NCBI GenBank assembly: GCA_029856145.1
Contig: JAHQWK010000016.1
Coordinates: 1 to 64,000 of the forward strand
DNA: 64,000 nucleotides
Source: Promethearchaeia archaeon
GTDB taxonomy: Archaea > Asgardarchaeota > Lokiarchaeia > Sigyniarchaeales > SOKP01
Reading direction: 5' to 3'
The notes below the pieces were generated by a model. The model did no database searches. It was not told the DNA's origin and worked only from the letters and a program-made list of their open reading frames with translations. Shown in pieces: positions 30,985 through 41,310 of the stretch (position 1 is its first letter; each line of letters starts with the position of its first letter). The position numbers were made by a program, and so were the translations under genes.

Positions 30985-32742
30985 TTATGCGGTTTCGCGA
31001 TAAGTTGGATACCAGTATAAGTTCCTCATAGTATTATATGGGAAACCCTTCAAGGATGCAGCGTGCACAAAATAGAGTTTATCATACTCTAAGCCCATAT
31101 GGTATCGATATTTGTCCATAATTAAATATTGAAGTTTCATATAGTATCCATATCTCGTTTCAGTATCGGTTTCAGAAGCAGCGAGATCTAAATACATGTT
31201 TATTTGAGGATTATTAATTCGAGCAAAATTTGATGAAGATGCTGGATTTACTAATGGATCAATCATATTGAAGGTTTCAAAGTAATCAGGGCCCCATCCG
31301 ACATAATAGATATGGAGTCTTTCAGGATGATTTTGTCCCAATAGTATGAATTGGCTCCAAGTCAATATTTGTATGTTAATTTCAATTCCAATTAAGTCCA
31401 TATCATATGTAAATCGTTGAATTAGGAGTTCCATGAAATGACTTCCTTGTCTATGACGGAAATTAAACTGATTTGCAGTAAAGTTACCTACATCTGGAAC
31501 CCATGCGGATGCTTTCCATAGAGCTTCATCAAGACCAGGAGTAAAGATATCTCCAACCTGACTGCCAATTTCCCATCCTACACCAAAACCCATTTTCTGC
31601 ATTTGTTGTCTGGCATAGGGAATATTAAAAACACCACCTTTAACTGAAGCATTATGAGCAGGAAAACCGGGAGGAACTAAGGAATTAGCTTTCACAGTAG
31701 TGCCTTCATCTATTTCTTCGTTAAGATATGTAAAGTTAAAGGCAGATGATATAGCTTTTCTCCATGTAATATTTATATAAGGGGAGTTAAAAGCAATATA
31801 CCAATAGATAGAACCATTGATAAAATCATTAACTCCATCTCCAGTTACCGTGATAGCAGTACTCGCATTAAAGGATTCTTGTAGTGCAGCAATACCCTGG
31901 CCTAAGTAGTCAATATCTCCAGCCAACATAGCATTATTAGCGGTGACAGCATCTCTATAATAGAGATAGACAATTTCATCCCAATAAGCGGGTTCTCTCC
32001 AATATCTATCCCAACGCTCAAATCTAATCTCTGAATTTGGCACATAACTAACAAATTTGAATGGACCAGTCCCTATGGCTAGATCCGTGCCGAGTTCTAA
32101 CATCTCATTTACAGGAGTAGAATCAGGATGCACAATTGAACTTGCTGCATAGGCTAATAGTCCTTCAGCAGGAGCAAATGGACCATTTAATACAAGAGTA
32201 ACTTCTAAGTTATCAGTTGGATTAACAAAACTGAGAGATTCATTAAAAATTGGTGTTTCATCGGCAAATTTATAAAGAGAGTGTGGAAACGCCATATGAT
32301 GAGGATCTGTTAAAGTTCCTGTCCAGTTGCCAAAAAAATTTATTCTTGTAAAGGTATGGATAACACATTCTCCAGTAAGTAATTCACCATCATGGAAATA
32401 TACATTTGGTCGTAATTGGAATGTGATATTTGTGCCTAAAGGCGTGCTTTGGAAGTCCCAAGATGAGGCAAGTCTTCCTACAAGTGGAAATTCAGGGTCA
32501 GATAAATTTTAAGCGATTAAAGGTTCAACTACCTGACGAAGCATATCATTTGAAACACCGTCCCATGTATCACATGGATCCATGGTAACGGGGTTGGAAA
32601 CTGCTGCTATTTTAACTACTTCAAAAGTAGGAATTGGTTTAATTAATCCAAGCATCACAGCCATCATAACGTTTCCAACACCAGAGGCTGCTAATACTAC
32701 TGCTAAGATGATTATCGCTAAATTTTTTTTCTCCATTTCCAT
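30985..32742 (-). pseudogene. Peptide/nickel ABC substrate-binding protein (family 5) interrupted by one in-frame TAA at 32509-32511
   Basis: ORFs 32509-32742 and 30985-32295 are in one frame (VEPLIA*NLSDPEFP...HDGE...GTGPF). Confidence 0.8.
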
Positions 32743-33734
32743 AATAAATACACGATATATTTTTTTTGATTTTTTGTTAAAAATTTTGTTTTTTTATAAG
32801 TAAACCTTTTCAGTTTTTACTTTATTTTTATATGTAAATTATAGATTAATTAAAACACGAAGATCTTTTATTTAAATATTATTCTTAATCTCTTTGGAAA
32901 ATCTAGATTCCCTACATATCAAGATATTCTGAAATAATTGATTCTTCCGAATTTTCAAGATATTAGCGAAGAATTAGGTTTTCCTCCCTAATTCCCATAT
33001 TTCAAAATTCTCCTGATATTGATATGATTTTGATATATAGATATTTCTTCTTGAAGGTATACTTCCAGGAGAATATCTCATATCTCTCAATACGAAAATG
33101 GAAAAGAAGAAAGAGAGAGAATAAATAGGCGGATATAAACAAAACTTTTTCAATACAGTATTATCATTTTTCATATTATTGACGATTTGTGTGATCTATA
33201 ATTTATTTAATAACATAATTAACAAGGTACAATCCTAAGAAAATTATTAAATTGCAAAGACATGAAAGATCTCTACTGATTTCTAAAAATTTAATTCTTC
33301 AATATCCCTATTTATTAACACTCTCTATTTTAATTAGCTTGATAGTATTTTAAATTTTAAAGATGTATTTTTAGAGTTTTACTTCCGTTTAAATTGTTAA
33401 TTTCGTTAGAATTAAATCATGAAGATCATTTATTTAAATCTTCTTTTTGATGTTTTCTTAAAATCTGTTTTTCCAACATTTCTAAATATTAGTATAAAAT
33501 TAATTTTTCCATAGCTTCGAGAAATTAGAGAAAAATGATTCCATTTTGAATTATTCTTTCTTATCAAAATATATTAACACAATAGAAATTTTAAAAAATA
33601 TCAATATCTCCTTCTAGCTTATATGCAAATAAATTAGATTCTAATTTATTGAAATGCCAAACCAATAAATCTTAAAAAAGTTGATATTAAGTATTACATT
33701 AATCAGAACTATAAATATCAAAAAAAGATCTAAT

Positions 33735-34049
33735 ATGAATCACTATATTTTCCTTGTAACTGTACCCAATATAGAAGAAGGTAAAAAAATAGCAAAACTT
33801 TTAGTTGAAAGTAAACTCGCTGCATGCGTAAATATTATTCATAATATTTTATCCATTTATAGATGGAAGGGAGAAATTGAGGAAGACAATGAGTACTTAT
33901 TACTTATTAAAACAATTGAAGAAAATAATAAACTCATAATACAAAAAATTAATGAAATTCACAGTTATGAAACACCAGAATGTATTGGATTTAAAATTGA
34001 AAAAGGTTCTGAAAAATATTTAAACTGGATCACTGAAGTTGTAGAATAA
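33735..34049 (+). CDS. cutA: Divalent-cation tolerance protein CutA
   Basis: LAACVNI, SIYRWKG, HSYETPE; ATG at 33735 preferred over the TTG at 33681. Confidence 0.93.
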   Translation: MNHYIFLVTVPNIEEGKKIAKLLVESKLAACVNIIHNILSIYRWKGEIEEDNEYLLLIKTIEENNKLIIQKINEIHSYETPECIGFKIEKGSEKYLNWITEVVE

Positions 34050-34072
34050 TACCAAATTTGATTTTTTAAAAC

Positions 34073-34906
34073 ATGACAAGTATTTTTCAAATAGATTGGA
34101 TTTCTGTTGACATTATCATAATTATCTTATTACTTCTATTACTTTTTAGTGTGAAAATGTTCAAAATTACTCATCGATGGCGTTATTCTTTTTCAAATCA
34201 AGCCTTAGAACATATATGCTTCTCGCAAGCGCGTAAAAAATCGAAAAATCAAATATTTTTAACAAAGAAATGGTGTCTGACTAGGAATTCATCTCTTAAA
34301 GAAAACTTTAGTAATCTTCCTCTAATTCTAATATTTAGAACGAATTATAAAAGAAAGCTCTTAAGAGTTTTTACTGAAGGTTTAAGTAGTTATGGTTTTA
34401 ATGTTATAAACATCAAAGCTAAAATCAACCATATTCCAGATAGCAGGATATTGGAAAAAACATTGATTGATGAGTGGAATTCACTTATTTCAGCAATATT
34501 TGATGATTTCAAATTAACAGAAGTTCTGATAAAATCAAAATATATTCTTATAAGTCATTCAAAATCTATTATTTCTTACAAACAAATTTTATCAGGTTCT
34601 GATATTAAGGGTGCTATTTTGATTAATCCAAAGCTAAACAAAAAAATTTCTTCTGATTATTATAATATATTTAAAAATAACTCTATAAATGGTCAAATAT
34701 ATACAATTTTTAGTAGAAAATCAACATTTATCTTTAAAAATAAACATTTAATTAAGTTTTTAAAAGAAATCACTCCTCAAAAAAATAATATTTTAAAGCA
34801 TTTAACCATAGAGAAAGCCACATATTCCTTTAAGTATTACGAAACTATTGTATTAGGCATGATTATTGATATTATAGAGAATAAATTACTAAAATCAAAA
34901 ATCTAA
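34073..34906 (+). CDS. Membrane-anchored hypothetical protein, possibly degenerate alpha/beta-hydrolase fold
   Basis: N-terminal TM; LSSYGFNVI, ILISHSKS, GAILINP. Confidence 0.5.
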   Translation: MTSIFQIDWISVDIIIIILLLLLLFSVKMFKITHRWRYSFSNQALEHICFSQARKKSKNQIFLTKKWCLTRNSSLKENFSNLPLILIFRTNYKRKLLRVFTEGLSSYGFNVINIKAKINHIPDSRILEKTLIDEWNSLISAIFDDFKLTEVLIKSKYILISHSKSIISYKQILSGSDIKGAILINPKLNKKISSDYYNIFKNNSINGQIYTIFSRKSTFIFKNKHLIKFLKEITPQKNNILKHLTIEKATYSFKYYETIVLGMIIDIIENKLLKSKI

Positions 34907-34915
34907 TTTTGAGTT

Positions 34916-35623
34916 ATGAAAAAAGAAAATATCTTAAGAGATCATTTTGAAAAAATAACCTATTCTAAAGAAGATTGGATTCTCTTAAGACAAAAAAGGA
35001 ATTATGCTATTAATTTATTAGATATGTTCGTTAAAGAAGGTTTCAATCCATTTATCCACGGAAGCATTGCCCGTGGCGATATCCATGAAAATAGCGATAT
35101 CGATCTCATCTTTTTTCAACAAATTCCTCCATTTCAAATAGAACTTATTTTAGAAAAAAATGGTTTTAAAAACTATTTTAGAGAAATAATAATGGCTACT
35201 CCCTTAGATTCTATTAAACTTTATATCCATTTAAGTGAATTAGAGAATATTACATTACCTTTATCCAAATTTGAGAAAAAAACAATGGAATTCTATGATT
35301 TTGGGGGAAAAATGGATATGCATCAATTGAAATTGGATGTAAGAGTAACTGGTATCGACAAAAGATTAGTATTAATCAAACCAAATTCTCAAGGGCACGA
35401 AGAAATTTCTATTATTGGCAATGAAGTTAATGCCGCGAAAGAAGTAGGGATTAGTATTAATACATTAAATGAAAGAAAAAAAGTACTTCTAAGAAGAGAA
35501 AAGTATGGAAGAACTGGAGTATTTCTAAAAAGACACCTTCAGATTAATGAAACTACAGAGGAAGTTTTAAAAAAATTAGCAGATAGAAAATCAATCATAA
35601 GAAAAAAATTATTTAAAAAATGA
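34916..35623 (+). CDS. Archaeal nucleotidyltransferase (pol-beta superfamily)
   Basis: HGSIARGDIHENSDIDL, EFYDFGG, GRTGVF. Confidence 0.88.
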   Translation: MKKENILRDHFEKITYSKEDWILLRQKRNYAINLLDMFVKEGFNPFIHGSIARGDIHENSDIDLIFFQQIPPFQIELILEKNGFKNYFREIIMATPLDSIKLYIHLSELENITLPLSKFEKKTMEFYDFGGKMDMHQLKLDVRVTGIDKRLVLIKPNSQGHEEISIIGNEVNAAKEVGISINTLNERKKVLLRREKYGRTGVFLKRHLQINETTEEVLKKLADRKSIIRKKLFKK

Positions 35624-36771
35624 AAAAAGTAAAATTAGAAAAATCAAAAGGCGAAACTTACTATATTAAAGGAAAGGGTATTCCTAAAGGATGCAAATAT
35701 TGTTTAAAAGGATCTAAAGTAGTTTTATTTTTAAATGGTATCTGCCAAAAACCAGATCATTGTTCTTGGTACTGTCCAATTTCAGAAGAAAGGAGAGGGA
35801 AAGATATAACATTTGCTGATGAAATACAAATTAAAAATAAAGAAGAATTACTCCAAGAAATTGATATAATTAATGCTCAAGGAATGAGTATTACTGGGGG
35901 AGAACCACTTTCAGAATTAAATCTTGAAAAAACTATTGATTATATTAATTATGTTAAAGCAGCGAAAGGAAAAAAGTTCCACATCCATTTATATACAAAT
36001 GGTATTGATTTTAATGAAAATATTGCTAAAAGACTTTCTCTTGCGGGATTAGATGAAATAAGATTCCACCCTGCAAGAAAACACTGGTTAAATATTAAAA
36101 AGGCTCTAAATAAAAAAATAAGTGTAGGAGCAGAAGTTCCAGTTATCCCAGGAAATAAAAATAAAAAGTATCTTGAGGAATTTATACGTTATTTAGACAA
36201 TATCGGTGTAGATTTTATTAATTTAAATGAATTTGAATTTTGTTTTCCTAATAGTCAGTCACTTAAGGATCGAGGATTCAAATTGAAAAAAGATTCAATT
36301 GCTGCTGTTGTCAATAGTCAAGAAACAGCTTTTAATCTAATTCGAAAATTAGGGACTGAAGTTAATATAAAGATGCATTTCTGTTCAATAAGAGCTAAAG
36401 ATTATCATCAATTGAAGAATAGATATATTCGGAGAGCTAATAATGTTAAATTACCTTATGAAGTAATTACTGAAGAAGGACTTTTACTATATGCACAAAT
36501 TGAAGGAGAAGAAAAAGAACTGGATAAATTTTATGAAAATCTATTATTTGATCTCAAAATTCATGATAAATTGTTATCCTATGAAGAAAAATATATTAGA
36601 ATGCCCTTCTATATTTCAATCGAAGATCATGTCATATCCTTAATAGAAAGATATGAGCTAAAAGGATATATAATAGAAACTTTACCTTTTAGACGTTTAA
36701 AATACAAACAAATAACAGAAAAGACTCCTATAAAAGTATTTAAGAATGAAAATGGTCTTAATGGAAATTAA
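35620..36771 (+). CDS. Radical SAM protein
   Basis: GCKYC, variant cluster motif CQKPDHCSWYC, ITGGEP, HLYTNG, GLDEIRFH. Confidence 0.88.
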   Translation: MKKVKLEKSKGETYYIKGKGIPKGCKYCLKGSKVVLFLNGICQKPDHCSWYCPISEERRGKDITFADEIQIKNKEELLQEIDIINAQGMSITGGEPLSELNLEKTIDYINYVKAAKGKKFHIHLYTNGIDFNENIAKRLSLAGLDEIRFHPARKHWLNIKKALNKKISVGAEVPVIPGNKNKKYLEEFIRYLDNIGVDFINLNEFEFCFPNSQSLKDRGFKLKKDSIAAVVNSQETAFNLIRKLGTEVNIKMHFCSIRAKDYHQLKNRYIRRANNVKLPYEVITEEGLLLYAQIEGEEKELDKFYENLLFDLKIHDKLLSYEEKYIRMPFYISIEDHVISLIERYELKGYIIETLPFRRLKYKQITEKTPIKVFKNENGLNGN

Positions 36772-37219
36772 AAAGGTAACTTTAAAAGATTTAAAGCGAA
36801 TCGTAAATCTTGAGCAAAAAATTTTTAAAAAGAATGCATTTTCAAAGGATTTAATAAAAAATTTGATTGAAAATAATGCACTCTTTTTAAAATTGGAAAT
36901 TGGTAACGTAAAAAAAAAATTAATTGGTTTTATAATAGTTATAATGGATAAAAAGGATAGAGCCAATATGATTAATTTTCTTATTAAACCAGAATTTCAA
37001 AATAAAGGTTTTGGTTCATATATTCTTCAAAAAACTATAGATAAAATAAAAGATTTAAAGGGAATTAAAAAAATAGTATTAAATGTTCAAATAAGTAATT
37101 CTGCTGCTATTAAATTGTATGAAAAATTTAAATTCAAAAAAAATCCAGCAATTCTTGAAAATTACTATCCATCTGGAGAATCTGCGTTTCTTATGGAATT
37201 GAAATTAGAAATTAACTAA
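36746..37219 (+). CDS. rimI: RimI/Ard1-like GNAT N-acetyltransferase
   Basis: QNKGFGS, NSAAIKLYEKF, NYYPSGESA. Confidence 0.85.
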   Translation: MKMVLMEIKKVTLKDLKRIVNLEQKIFKKNAFSKDLIKNLIENNALFLKLEIGNVKKKLIGFIIVIMDKKDRANMINFLIKPEFQNKGFGSYILQKTIDKIKDLKGIKKIVLNVQISNSAAIKLYEKFKFKKNPAILENYYPSGESAFLMELKLEIN

Positions 37220-37313
37220 AACTAAAACTTATAAATAAATTCTATTATATTTTTTGTAAATATATCAATTTAATTATTTTACGAGAATTTAAAATAAAAG
37301 GTGTTAAATAAAA

Positions 37314-37466
37314 GTGGCTCCAGCAGATAAAGAACTACAAGAAGAAATTAAAAAAGGCGTTTCACTTCAAAAGGTCGATGAAGCAGAGTTAAAGAAAAGA
37401 GAAGAAGAAAAAAAGAAACGCATGGAAGAATTAGAAAAAGTTAAAGAAGCTTTAGGAGAAAAGTAA
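37314..37466 (+). CDS. Unannotated 50-aa peptide with WH2-like motif and charged helix
   Basis: GTG start after AGGTG SD-like site; MAPADKELQEEIKKGVSLQKVDEAELKKREEEKKKRMEELEKVKEALGEK; T-rich tract downstream. Confidence 0.75.
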   Translation: MAPADKELQEEIKKGVSLQKVDEAELKKREEEKKKRMEELEKVKEALGEK

Positions 37467-37618
37467 ACGGCTTTACATATTTAATAGAGTTAGTTTTTAT
37501 CTTTTTTATTTATTTTATTTTTCTTAGCAATAATCTTCAAGTCAAATTGAATTAAGCTTTTCTTAAATTTTGAATTAATTATAAATAAATAGAATTTTTT
37601 GATGAGTCAGTTTTAGAT

Positions 37619-38692
37619 TTGAAAATTCTCAACATAGATCAAAAACATGGAGAAGTTACAGTTAAGACTGAAAGCCTTAACGATCTGTGGTCATTATATA
37701 ATATTATCATTAAAGATGATCAAGTGTCTTCCCTAACTCAAAGAAGAGTTGTTCTTAAAGAAGGAACTTCAGGCGAGCGTAAATTAATGAAATTAAAACT
37801 CAAAGTTGAATCTGTGTCTTTTCATGAATTTTCAAATCGATTAAGAATAAAAGGTAAAATTTTAGAAGGACCAGAGGATTATGTTAGCTTTGGAACTTAT
37901 CATACATTTAATATAGAAGTTTCTCAAAAGTTAACAATAATTAAAGAAAATTGGTTAAAAAATGAATTAAGAAGACTAAAAGAGACCTCAAAATTCGAAT
38001 CAAACTTTATTACATTAATTATTGGAATTGAAACCGGTTTGGCAACCTTAGCTCTTATCACAAATTTTAGCCATAATAGGATAGCTACAATTAGAAAAAA
38101 CATACCAGGTAAAAGATATAAACAAACTTATAGAAATAAGGCATTAAATGAATTTTTTACAGATATTCAGAAAGTAGTAATAGAAAATATTAAAAACTTG
38201 GAGATAAATTTAATCATTGTATGTGGACCTGGAAATACCAAAGATAATTTTATAAATTTTCTTCAAAAAACACCTAGTTTTGACTTTAAAGGTAAAATTG
38301 AGACTTGTCATGCAAGTTCTGGGACTGAAAGCGCAATTAGAGAAACTCTAAAATCAAAAAAGTTAGATAGTCTTAAAAATAAAATTAAAGTTTTACAAGA
38401 AGCTGAGAAGATAGAAAATATAATGACACAATTTGCCACAGATGCTGATCTTATTGTTATAGGCCTTGATGAGGTGTCTAAAGCTTCTGAAAAAGGAGCA
38501 ATTAAAGAGTTATTGATAGCGGATGTATTAATTAGAGGATCTTCAAAAAAAAATAAACTAAAAATTGAAGAAATTATAACAAGTGTTGAAGATACTGGTG
38601 GAAAAATTAGTATTATGAGCACAGAAAATCTAACTGGAGAACAATTAGTAGGTCTAGGATCAATAATAGGAATTTTACGATATAAACTCTGA
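37619..38692 (+). CDS. pelA: mRNA surveillance protein Pelota
   Basis: ESLNDLWSL, RLRIKGKI, GTYHT, CGPGNTK, GIIGILRY-like C-terminus. Confidence 0.95.
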   Translation: MKILNIDQKHGEVTVKTESLNDLWSLYNIIIKDDQVSSLTQRRVVLKEGTSGERKLMKLKLKVESVSFHEFSNRLRIKGKILEGPEDYVSFGTYHTFNIEVSQKLTIIKENWLKNELRRLKETSKFESNFITLIIGIETGLATLALITNFSHNRIATIRKNIPGKRYKQTYRNKALNEFFTDIQKVVIENIKNLEINLIIVCGPGNTKDNFINFLQKTPSFDFKGKIETCHASSGTESAIRETLKSKKLDSLKNKIKVLQEAEKIENIMTQFATDADLIVIGLDEVSKASEKGAIKELLIADVLIRGSSKKNKLKIEEIITSVEDTGGKISIMSTENLTGEQLVGLGSIIGILRYKL

Positions 38693-38700
38693 AAAATCTT

Positions 38701-39735
38701 ATGACTAATGAAATTATTTATGTAGATGAAAACTCGGAGATTCCCTTATTTGGTGTAGATTTTCTTGGCATAATCGATAGAGGGACTAATGTTATTGAAA
38801 TAAAACCTTTAACACTATGTAACTTGAAATGTAAGTATTGTTTTGTAAGTGCTGGAGATTATGATACAAATTTTACTGTCGATCCTAACTATTTAGTTAA
38901 GAAAATAAAAGAAGTTGTTAATATAAAAGGAAATTATAAAATAGAAATTCATTTTGCTCCATATGGAGAAATACTCCTCTACCCAAATTTATTCAATTTA
39001 ATTAGAGAAATTTGGAAAATAAAAGGAATTGAAATTATATCATTACAGACAAATGGGCTATTACTTAATGAAGAGATAATTAGTCAATTAGAAGAAGTTA
39101 AAATAACACGAATAAATATTAGTTTAAATTCACTGCGCTCAGAAAAAGCTAATTACCTATGCAACAATATGAATTATGATTTAGATACTCTATTGAAAAA
39201 TATCTCACGTTTATTGAATACTACAATTGATGTGTTAATCGCCCCTGTCTGGTTTCCAGGAGAAAATGATGAAGATATTGAAGATATCATTAGATTTATC
39301 AAAGATTTAAGGAAAAAGGGCTATTCTGAAAAGAAAATTCAAATAGGCATCCAAAAATATTTGATCTATAAAACAGGTAGAAAATTGAAGAAAATTAGAC
39401 CAAAAAGTTGGGGTTATTTCTATGATCAATTATCCTTTCTTGAAAAGAAGTATAACATCAAATTAAAATTGGGACCATTTGATTTTGGAATTCACAAACG
39501 GAAAACAGCCGCATTCTTGAAAGTACGAAAAAATGACTTATTAAGATTAAAAGTTATTTCTAAAGGGCGATGGAAAAAAGAATATATTGGGAAAATTAAT
39601 ACTAATTTTGGTATCAAGGTACTCTTAAACAAACCAATCATTCAATCTGAAAAATTTATTGGAAAAGATATTAAAGCAAAAATTATAAAAGCTAATTACA
39701 AAGATAATATTTTAACAGCATCCTTTTCAATATAA
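38701..39735 (+). CDS. Radical SAM protein with C-terminal TRAM-like domain
   Basis: GIIDRGTNVIEIKP, CNLKCKYC, SLQTNG. Confidence 0.88.
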   Translation: MTNEIIYVDENSEIPLFGVDFLGIIDRGTNVIEIKPLTLCNLKCKYCFVSAGDYDTNFTVDPNYLVKKIKEVVNIKGNYKIEIHFAPYGEILLYPNLFNLIREIWKIKGIEIISLQTNGLLLNEEIISQLEEVKITRINISLNSLRSEKANYLCNNMNYDLDTLLKNISRLLNTTIDVLIAPVWFPGENDEDIEDIIRFIKDLRKKGYSEKKIQIGIQKYLIYKTGRKLKKIRPKSWGYFYDQLSFLEKKYNIKLKLGPFDFGIHKRKTAAFLKVRKNDLLRLKVISKGRWKKEYIGKINTNFGIKVLLNKPIIQSEKFIGKDIKAKIIKANYKDNILTASFSI

Positions 39736-39816
39736 ACTTAAATATTAATAATATTATATTATTCAAAATAAGTAAATCATATATGAAATTTATCAAATAC
39801 TATAAAAACCAATAGA

Positions 39817-40452
39817 GTGGGATTGAAAATGAGTCCAATTATAACCCATGAGGATGAATTAGAACTTGCTAAAATGGAAAAAGAATTAGTCTCCCAATTT
39901 AAGAAATTGGCTAAAGCACAGAATTCACTTATTAGTTCTCAAATTAAATACGCGGAAAATATAACTAAAGCAAATAATATTCGAGAAATGTTAACCCGAA
40001 CTTTTAGAGATGTATTAAAACAAATGCAGACTCTTGCTCGAGAGCATAGATCTAACATTAAAGATGAGGAAGTAAACTTATATAAAGATATAATCTCAAA
40101 AAATGACGATTATGTTAAAGCAAATAATACTTATTTAAATGCGATTAAAGACATTGCAGTACAAAAAGAATATCTAGTGCAAAAAAAAGAAGAATTTGTC
40201 GATGCATTAGCAGAACTCGCTGATAAAAGATCAATAGTGATAAAAAAAGCATTAGATGCTGAGAAAGCGAAAAATAAATTAATTGACGGCGATAAATTAA
40301 ACATCCTCGACCAACAATTAAATGATGTTCAAAGAGATTTTGACAGAGCTCGAGATATATTAATAAAAAAAATATATCAATTTACTGAGGTAAGAGATGA
40401 AATTAATACTCTCTGGATTAAATTAAAAGACACTATTACTGAATTAAGCTAG
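39817..40452 (+). CDS. All-helical coiled-coil protein (possible BAR-like bundle)
   Basis: About 210 aa, continuous heptads, almost no Pro/Gly. Confidence 0.6.
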   Translation: MGLKMSPIITHEDELELAKMEKELVSQFKKLAKAQNSLISSQIKYAENITKANNIREMLTRTFRDVLKQMQTLAREHRSNIKDEEVNLYKDIISKNDDYVKANNTYLNAIKDIAVQKEYLVQKKEEFVDALAELADKRSIVIKKALDAEKAKNKLIDGDKLNILDQQLNDVQRDFDRARDILIKKIYQFTEVRDEINTLWIKLKDTITELS

Positions 40453-40580
40453 AAAAAACTTTTCTTTTCTTTTATATACTTTATTTAAAAAAATTAATTG
40501 AGCTTAAACTTAAATTTATTAAACTAAAATCTATTAAATTACTAGATAACATAAAAAATTACCAGACTTAAAGAGTTAAT

Positions 40581-41030
40581 ATGTGTGCTGAAGAATTTGC
40601 AAGCTTCTTAGATAGTACTCGAAAAGCACCATTGGAAGAAAAACTAAATGCTTTTGGTGATATTATTGAAAAGATAATGTCTATTATCTTACGCATCCCT
40701 GATTTGGTTGATCAATCCTTAGGCTCAGTAAATGAGAAAGTATCAAATTTACAAAACCAAATTAATTCTCTGAATAGTCAAATAACATCAGGTCAATTAA
40801 GATCTGGAGGTGCTCCAGCAACAGCGACTCTTGCACCAGCTGGTCCAGCGGCAGCACGTGCACCCGGAGGTCCACCTCCACCACCACCTAGTGGTCCACC
40901 CGGAGGTCCACCCGGAGGTCCAGGTCCTGCCCCTACTCCTGCCCGTCCGGCAAGTCCAGTATCACTTAGAGGGGCAATTATGGGAGAATTAAAGAGTCTA
41001 TTTGCTAAGCGTAAGACCCAATCTGGATAA
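40581..41030 (+). CDS. Coiled-coil, polyproline and C-terminal WH2-like helix protein
   Basis: GGPPPPPPSGPPGGPPGGPGP tract followed by SLRGAIMGELKSLFAKRK. Confidence 0.7.
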   Translation: MCAEEFASFLDSTRKAPLEEKLNAFGDIIEKIMSIILRIPDLVDQSLGSVNEKVSNLQNQINSLNSQITSGQLRSGGAPATATLAPAGPAAARAPGGPPPPPPSGPPGGPPGGPGPAPTPARPASPVSLRGAIMGELKSLFAKRKTQSG

Positions 41031-41310
41031 GAAGCATTCCCCAACATTAAAAATGATTAATATTCTTTCTAAATTTAAAAATTATAATTCATATTTTAAA
41101 TTTAATACCTAATCTGGTTAAATTTTCTTTTATTATTGAAAAAATTTACCAAATGAATCAAAAATTATGTTAAGAAGGGATTTAGGAAATTATTTAGATT
41201 GTTCTCCAGATAATACGATTTATGATTTAATCCAACAATTAACAACAAAAGAATAAGTAAATATTTGATATTGATTTTTTTAAGAGGATTTTCATTAAAA
41301 TAGTAAATTT

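Noticed and set aside
32800-33680. Short ORF 32974-33174 and coding-like fragments in a long spacer
   Set aside because: No recognisable motif; may be decayed gene remnants but cannot be supported
41130-41255. Small ORF MLRRDLGNYLDCSPDNTIYDLIQQLTTKE
   Set aside because: Too short with no motif; possibly a gene relic
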